Of a stretch of DNA of 32,000 nucleotides, positions 26,858-32,000 are shown one piece after another. How positions within the stretch are numbered: the first letter of the stretch is position 1; each line of letters opens with the position of its first letter. A program made the translations under genes and the position numbers. This DNA comes from Desulfotalea psychrophila LSv54 (GTDB lineage: Bacteria > Desulfobacterota > Desulfobulbia > Desulfobulbales > Desulfocapsaceae): positions 570,001-602,000 of the forward strand of contig NC_006138.1 of the NCBI RefSeq assembly GCF_000025945.1, in the 5' to 3' direction. Under the pieces are notes generated by a model. The model made no database searches and was not told the DNA's origin. It worked only from the letters and a program-made list of their open reading frames with translations.

Positions 26858-28345
26858 TTACGCTTCTTTGGATGCTGGCTGCTGAGCCGGAGCTTTTTTA
26901 CCTTTACCAAAGAAAACTCGACGTGAACTTCCTAAAATGAGAGTACTCTGCTCTTCCGTGGTAAGGGCTTTAAAATCACCCATTCTTGCATTATAGAACC
27001 AAGCGCCAAGGATAACCCAGAGACAGAGAGCAACCCAAGACTGCATGCCAATGGCACCGGGTGAACCCGGAACGGTAAGAAGCAAAATACAGACAACAGA
27101 ACTAATTGAGCCAAGCACTGCATGCATAACACCTCTCTTATTCTGGGCATGCTTCATTACCTTATAGGCACTGAGGCAAGAGATAAGATAGGCAATAACA
27201 GTACCGACAGCAGACATATCAACAACCCAATTCAATACTTCACGACCAAAGAAGGGCGCGGTTACGGCAATGGCAAGAACAAAGAGGATCGCCTTATGAG
27301 GGGTTTGGTATTTTGGATGGATATCAGCAAACCAAGATGGCAGGATGGTTGCCCGACCCATGGCAAAGAGCAGACGAGAAGATGCAATAAAGAAACCATT
27401 GATTCCGGTAAAGATTGCGGCAAGAACAGCAGTGGCAAGAATCACACTACCAACCCGACCAAGGGCCATGTTTGCTACGGTTCCGGTAGCCCAGGGGCTA
27501 TTCATGGCGAGAAGCTCTTTATATGGCATGATGCAGGCAACGGCGATGGTTACCATTGCATAAAGGACAATGCCCCAGCCAATTGCGGAAAGCATGAGCT
27601 TTTCAGCGCGCTTGTGCGGGAAGTCGAATTCCTCAGCTGCCTGAGGAATGGTATCAAAACCCACATAGAGCCATGGTGCAATGGCAACAATGGCCATAAT
27701 ACTGGCAAGCGGGCTCTTGTTATCAGCAAAAAGAGGAGAGAGGTTAGAAACAGCTGCAGTCTCATGGGAAACGGAACCGCCGAAAACAATAAAGACACTA
27801 GCACAGAGGGCAAAGGCAAGGAATACCTGAATCTTACCAACAAGATCTGCGCCACGGAAATTCAAAAACCCACAAAGACAGAGTATGCCGACCAGCATGG
27901 CTATCTCACCTGCATAGACATCCCAGCCAACAATGGAGTACAGCATCCCTACTTCAAAGACGCCCGGGAAAACAAAACGGGTCAGCAGAGAGACAGCTGT
28001 CGCATTCAGGGCAATGATACAGATATAACCAAGCACAAGGGCCCATCCACAGATAAAGGCCACGGTGGGACCAAAACCAACAAAGGAGAAGGCAAAAGCT
28101 CCGCCGGTCACCTTGTACTTACTCACCATATTTCCGTAACTGATTGCCACGGAAAACAGCATTACACCACCCAGAACAAAACCGATGCAAGAGGCAAGTG
28201 GCCCGGCCTGAGGCAAAAAGCGTAGACCTGGTAAGACAAATGCACCCCATCCAAGAATCGCACCCAAGGCGAGGGCCCAAGCCTGAACGGGCTTAATCGA
28301 CTTCTTCAATTCTGCTCTTTCAGTCACTGCTGCTTTCTTATCCAT
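26858..28345 (-). CDS. APC-superfamily amino acid/amine permease
   Basis: About 495 aa with roughly 12 TM segments and a typical APC N-terminus (VQAWALALGAILGWGAFVLPG). The ATG at 28345 (MDKKAAV...) follows a GGGAG SD. The track start at 28375 is a TTG. The gene stops 42 nt upstream of ADH copy 2. Confidence 0.8.
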   Translation of the reverse strand: MDKKAAVTERAELKKSIKPVQAWALALGAILGWGAFVLPGLRFLPQAGPLASCIGFVLGGVMLFSVAISYGNMVSKYKVTGGAFAFSFVGFGPTVAFICGWALVLGYICIIALNATAVSLLTRFVFPGVFEVGMLYSIVGWDVYAGEIAMLVGILCLCGFLNFRGADLVGKIQVFLAFALCASVFIVFGGSVSHETAAVSNLSPLFADNKSPLASIMAIVAIAPWLYVGFDTIPQAAEEFDFPHKRAEKLMLSAIGWGIVLYAMVTIAVACIMPYKELLAMNSPWATGTVANMALGRVGSVILATAVLAAIFTGINGFFIASSRLLFAMGRATILPSWFADIHPKYQTPHKAILFVLAIAVTAPFFGREVLNWVVDMSAVGTVIAYLISCLSAYKVMKHAQNKRGVMHAVLGSISSVVCILLLTVPGSPGAIGMQSWVALCLWVILGAWFYNARMGDFKALTTEEQSTLILGSSRRVFFGKGKKAPAQQPASKEA

Positions 28346-28494
28346 CAAAATGCGCTCCCAAAACTGTGCTGCCAAAAACGACAGCTTATAAATAATAAGT
28401 GATGACCCTAACTGTCATCACGTAAAAGTCTCAATTCATCTGAGTCACAAAGTTTTTGGTGCAAAAAAACTGCTCCTTCGCCTTCGACCCACCA

Positions 28495-28510
28495 TGCAAA
28501 GCCCATGCCA
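28495..28510 (-). promoter_or_regulatory. Sigma-54 (-24/-12) promoter P2 for permease + cassette copy 2
   Basis: The minus strand reads TGGCATGGGCTTTGCA (TGGCAT-N5-TTGCA). It lies about 150 nt upstream of the permease ATG. Confidence 0.8.
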
Positions 28511-28586
28511 CAATTTAAAAATATACCATAAGACAACGACTTTACTCAGCTTGCCGCTAGAGCATTCCGCGCAACAATGAAATTTT

Positions 28587-28637
28587 AATGCATCCTAAAC
28601 TCATTTAATCGAATTAGCCACATATTTACGATGCAAC
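28587..28637. promoter_or_regulatory. Putative enhancer (UAS) for P2: AATGCATCC ... CGATGCAAC
   Basis: Half-sites lie at 28587..28595 and 28629..28637. CGATGCAAcaTCAACT starts exactly 120 bp from the -24 GG, as it does at P1. Confidence 0.5.
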
Positions 28638-29045
28638 ATCAACTCATCATTGTATCAAAAAATGACGTCTCACAAAGTGATATTTTTCACATCTCAACAA
28701 AGGTCTTACAATTAACTAGTTTAACACTGCTTTTTTTGTGAAGTAACTGAGTTTACACCCTTCGCCATATCCTCAACAAAAACAAAAATGAGTCCATTAT
28801 GAATTAAACAGGTAAATGAGGACAATAATAAAACAGCACGACTTAAACAGCTCCTCCTACCAAGAAAGGCATATACCTCACAGCCAACATCCTGTTTTGA
28901 CAAAAAAATAGCAATAGCTTATATTTTTTCCACAGCTATCGCCCAGCAATTGATAGCCGAACCCAATAAAAACAATCTACAGAACTTAAGCCTTCAGTAT
29001 CGCCCATGAATACAAGCAAATAAACCTTCATCAATAGGACATGAC

Positions 29046-29757
29046 ATGAAAGAGAAAACACTTCAGGCTATTTACCAAACCTTTAATCAATGGAACGATG
29101 GTGAAAAATCCTGCCACAGGGGTTGCTCCACCTGCTGCACGCAAAATATCACTGTCACAGCAACAGAGGCCGAACTTATACATAAGTTCGCAGTAGAAGA
29201 GGACAAACAGGAGTGGCTGGCTGAAATACTTTCCGCAAAACGTGACCTCGAAAAACCCAAGATGACCACCAACGACTTCGCCAAGGCCTGTTTGGAAGGA
29301 AGAGACGTAGACCCCGGCACCATGGGGCTCCCTTGCCCCCTGCCCATTCCTCAAAGAGAACATCTGCCAAATCTACTCGGTACGCCCCTTTGCCTGCCGT
29401 GCCTTTGTCTCAAGTTCACCCTGCAGTCAGAATGAACCTGCGACCATCTCAGAAGGCTACGCAGCAACGGTTACAGCGGTAAGCCAGATAATTGAGCACC
29501 TTGGCCAAAAAGAGTACTGGGGAAATTTATTCGATGTCCTTATTGCCATGTCGGATATCTCTGCGTATAAAGAGACTGCAGAAAAATTGACTGCAGTAGA
29601 GACATTTAACGCTCGCCTGAGAACACTTACAGCTAAACCGTTGACGGGCTTCCTGCTTACCGAAGAAGATTTACAGGTAGCAGGCCCACTGCTTCAGTCC
29701 ATTTTTTCCACCAAAGTGGATGAAAAAAGCATAGAAGACATACTTAACGGAAAATAA
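29046..29757 (+). pseudogene. YkgJ/UPF0153-type CxxCxxCC Fe-S/Zn-binding protein, reading frame broken by a +1 shift
   Basis: Frame A (29046..) encodes ...CHRGCSTCC... Frame B (open 29311..29757) encodes ...CPFLKENICQIYSVRPFACRAF..., the second hallmark motif of the family. The two frames can only be joined between 29311 and about 29340, where a C5 run lies (29336..29340). Confidence 0.7.
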
Positions 29758-29768
29758 GGAAACAGACC

Positions 29769-30386
29769 ATGACCAACAAGACCACAGTTCATTTAACAAT
29801 CATGCTGCCAGCAGGGCGCCTTCCCCTCGATGTCATGAAGACAGCCCAAGCTCTTGCTGAACAATATAAGCTTGAAATTTTCTTCACAACTGCCCAAAAC
29901 CTTCGCCTCCTCAATGTACCAGAGAATCTTGTTGAAGAAATCAAAGCGCCTCTCTTGGCACTTGGCGTGACCTTTAAGGCCCCCGGTGGCTTTCCACTGC
30001 CACGAATTTGCGTTGGCGCCCCACACTGTCCTGGCGGAAACGGAGCAACCGATAAGCTCTCTGCAAAAATCCTCGACAAATTCAGTAAACGTGAAAAAAC
30101 CAAGGCAAAATTTAAAATTGCCATCTCCGCCTGTTCCACTGGATGTTCAAATCCAAGAACAACAGATATCGGTATTGTCATGGGCCCCAAGGGCCTCACC
30201 CTATATCTCGGCGGCAAGGGAGGCGTTAGCCCACAGACAGGGATTCGTGTTCTAAAGGATGTAAGCGAAGAGACACTGCTGAACGCCATCGAAACCTTAG
30301 TTGAGTTTCATGACAAAAAAACTGAAAAGAAACAAAGAATTGCCAAATTATTAGACGATCCTGAATTCCCCTTTGCTCAAATATAA
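29769..30386 (+). CDS. Small siroheme/[4Fe-4S]-type nitrite/sulfite reductase-like protein (low-molecular-weight assimilatory-type SiR candidate)
   Basis: 205 aa with the NIR_SIR cluster motif Cys-X5-Cys (CVGAPHC) ... Cys-X3-Cys (CSTGC). An AGGA SD is present. It starts 11 nt after the preceding gene. Confidence 0.7.
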   Translation: MTNKTTVHLTIMLPAGRLPLDVMKTAQALAEQYKLEIFFTTAQNLRLLNVPENLVEEIKAPLLALGVTFKAPGGFPLPRICVGAPHCPGGNGATDKLSAKILDKFSKREKTKAKFKIAISACSTGCSNPRTTDIGIVMGPKGLTLYLGGKGGVSPQTGIRVLKDVSEETLLNAIETLVEFHDKKTEKKQRIAKLLDDPEFPFAQI

Positions 30387-30416
30387 TTAACTGGCACTGG
30401 AGAAAGAAATACTAAG

Positions 30417-30463
30417 CCACGGGAACAGACAGAAACAGGGTCTATTACCGTGGTTCTTTATTC
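30417..30463 (+). terminator. Possible terminator after the small sulfite-reductase gene
   Basis: The CCACGG...CCGTGG outer stem has internal AGAC/GTCT pairing and is followed by TTCTTTATT. The hairpin is imperfect with a large loop. Confidence 0.3.
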
Positions 30464-30803
30464 TATTAAACCAGAACAGTAACTTCAGTCGCCATCTCAA
30501 CAAAAACTATTTCTCAAAAAATTATCACCACCACACCTCCTAACTTCATTAACAAGTTATGCCTAGCGACAAGCAGAGAACCAGCCACAATCTATCTCCT
30601 CTAAGAACCTTGTTAAGTGAGACGCCTGAATAGATCCTTTATTCCAAATAAAAAAATACTTGCTTTTTTGCCATTTATTATGGTGCACACATAGAAAGAC
30701 GGGGTATTATTCCCCAACGGCTGTAGCGCCGGAGTAAGTATTTCATAAACCCCTCATAATAGATGAAGAGTTTCCTTCTAAAAAACAAGTTAAGGAAAAA
30801 AAA

Positions 30804-32000
30804 ATGGCACAGCGTGTTTTAATTATTGGAGCAGTAGCTCTTGGCCCAAAAGTTGCCTGTCGTTTGAGACGAATTGATCCAGATGCAGAGATAACAGTTC
30901 TTGACCGTGACAAACTCATCTCCTACGGTGGCTGCGGTATCCCCTACTATGTTGGCGGTGACGTTTCAGACATCGAAGGCTTGCGATCTACCCAATCTCA
31001 CACCATCCGCGACAGCAAGTTCTTTGGCGAAGTAAAGGGTATTGACGTAAGAACTCAAATTGAAGCAATTGAGATCCTTCGTAAAGAAAAGCAAGTTCGC
31101 ATTCGCGACTTAAGAGACAACAGCGAAGAGCTTCTCTCCTATGACAAACTTGTTTTCGCAACAGGTGCCTCTCCAATACGCCCTCCTTTCCCAGGTGCTG
31201 ATCTCCCTAACGTATCTATCGTTTCCAACCTTCACCATGCAGAGGCAATCAAAAAACGCCTTGCTCAAGGTAAGATTGGCAAAGCTGTTGTTATCGGTGC
31301 TGGTGCTATCGGTATCGAAATGGCAGAGGCGTTGACCGATCTCTGGGGAGTTGAAACCACCATCATCGAGATGGCCGACCAGGTGCTTCCACAGGCTATT
31401 GGTGGCAACCTTGCTACCGTAGTTCAGCGCCACCTTGAAGAGAGCAACGTCGAAGTACTTGTCTCTGAGCGTGTTAGCGGCATCACCAAGGCTGACGACA
31501 GCGACACCCTCACCGTATCTATCACCGATAGAACGATCGACTGTGATATCGTTATTCTCTCCACCGGAATTCGCCCTAATACCGAGCTTGCCAAGGCAGC
31601 AGGACTCGCTGTTGGTCAATTCGGTGGTCTCCTGGTAGATCGTCGTATGCGTACCAGCGATCCACACATCTATGCTGGTGGTGACTGTGTTGAGGTTCGT
31701 AACCTTGTAAGCGGTGCCAACCAGATGATGCCTCTTGGCTCTCTTGCTAACCGTCAGGGTCGTATTATTGCAACCAACATCAATGGTGGCAGCGCCCACT
31801 TCCCAGGAACCGTTGGCACCTTCTGTATCAAAGTTTTCGAACTCGGTGTTGCAACCGCTGGTTTGACTGCCCGTCAGGCAAAAGCTGCAGGGTTTGATCC
31901 GGTTGTTTCTATTGTTACTCAGGCTGACCGGGCTCACTTCTACCCAACCTATCAGGCTATGTACATAGCCCTTATTGCCGATCGCAATTCCCGCAAGGTA
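30804..32000 (+). CDS. FAD-dependent pyridine nucleotide-disulfide oxidoreductase, CoA-disulfide reductase / NADH oxidase family (3' end beyond window)
   Basis: The open frame from the ATG at 30804 to the window end (399 codons) is missing from the ORF track because it is unterminated. It has the FAD fold VLIIGAVALGPKVA, a single redox Cys in SYGGCGIPYY (compare CoADR SFANCxLPY), the NAD fold AVVIGAGAIGIEMAE, and GGDC. Confidence 0.85.
   Translation, partial: MAQRVLIIGAVALGPKVACRLRRIDPDAEITVLDRDKLISYGGCGIPYYVGGDVSDIEGLRSTQSHTIRDSKFFGEVKGIDVRTQIEAIEILRKEKQVRIRDLRDNSEELLSYDKLVFATGASPIRPPFPGADLPNVSIVSNLHHAEAIKKRLAQGKIGKAVVIGAGAIGIEMAEALTDLWGVETTIIEMADQVLPQAIGGNLATVVQRHLEESNVEVLVSERVSGITKADDSDTLTVSITDRTIDCDIVILSTGIRPNTELAKAAGLAVGQFGGLLVDRRMRTSDPHIYAGGDCVEVRNLVSGANQMMPLGSLANRQGRIIATNINGGSAHFPGTVGTFCIKVFELGVATAGLTARQAKAAGFDPVVSIVTQADRAHFYPTYQAMYIALIADRNSRKV

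Noticed and set aside
28721-28903. 60-aa minus-strand ORF upstream of the P2 enhancer.
   Set aside because: The region is AT-rich with no SD, and the ORF is only at the threshold length. It is more likely promoter-distal spacer between the divergent units.
30391-30406. TGGCAC at 30391 as a possible sigma-54 -24 element downstream of the small SiR gene.
   Set aside because: The position where the -12 TTGC should be reads AAAG. It also lies in a terminator region far from the next start codon.
31110-31937. 275-aa minus-strand ORF.
   Set aside because: It is antisense to the clearly recognisable plus-strand FAD-dependent oxidoreductase (Rossmann motifs, GGDC). It has no motifs and odd composition. 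This is the same codon-bias artefact.

Overview
This is a 32-kb bacterial chromosomal window at roughly 45-50% GC by eye. The gene content looks like a sulfate-reducing deltaproteobacterium of the Desulfobulbaceae type; that assignment is inference only. No rRNA, tRNA, CRISPR array or mobile element was recognised.

Positions 1-18.3 kb hold ordinary genes:
- smpB (partial)
- an orphan GspE/PilB-type ATPase that appears split by a homopolymer frameshift
- an M48-TPR membrane protease followed by sbcDC
- a pfs(mtnN)-luxS operon
- two paralogous DUF202 membrane proteins
- a Cys-type glutathione peroxidase
- a pentapeptide-repeat protein
- a lipoprotein
- tctCBA
- plsY
- a PAS/AAA+/Fis-HTH regulator whose AAA+ core has lost the motifs needed for sigma-54 activation

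The notable part is 18.6-28.6 kb on the minus strand. Two tandem, about 3.8-kb, near-identical copies of a three-gene cassette sit there: Fe-dependent alcohol dehydrogenase, class-III omega-aminotransferase and alanine dehydrogenase. Each copy lies behind its own textbook sigma-54 promoter (TGGCAT-N5-TTGCA). Each promoter has a conserved TGCATCG-type upstream site at an identical 120-bp offset. The distal copy additionally starts with an APC-family permease.

This architecture predicts a pyruvate-dependent amine -> aldehyde -> alcohol route. The closest known analogue is Tpa/Ald/SarD (taurine -> sulfoacetaldehyde -> isethionate); GABA or beta-alanine are alternatives.

Divergently downstream on the plus strand lie three more genes. 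They are a frameshifted YkgJ-type CxxCxxCC gene, a 205-aa siroheme-type small sulfite reductase, and a CoADR/Nox-family FAD disulfide oxidoreductase that runs off the window end.
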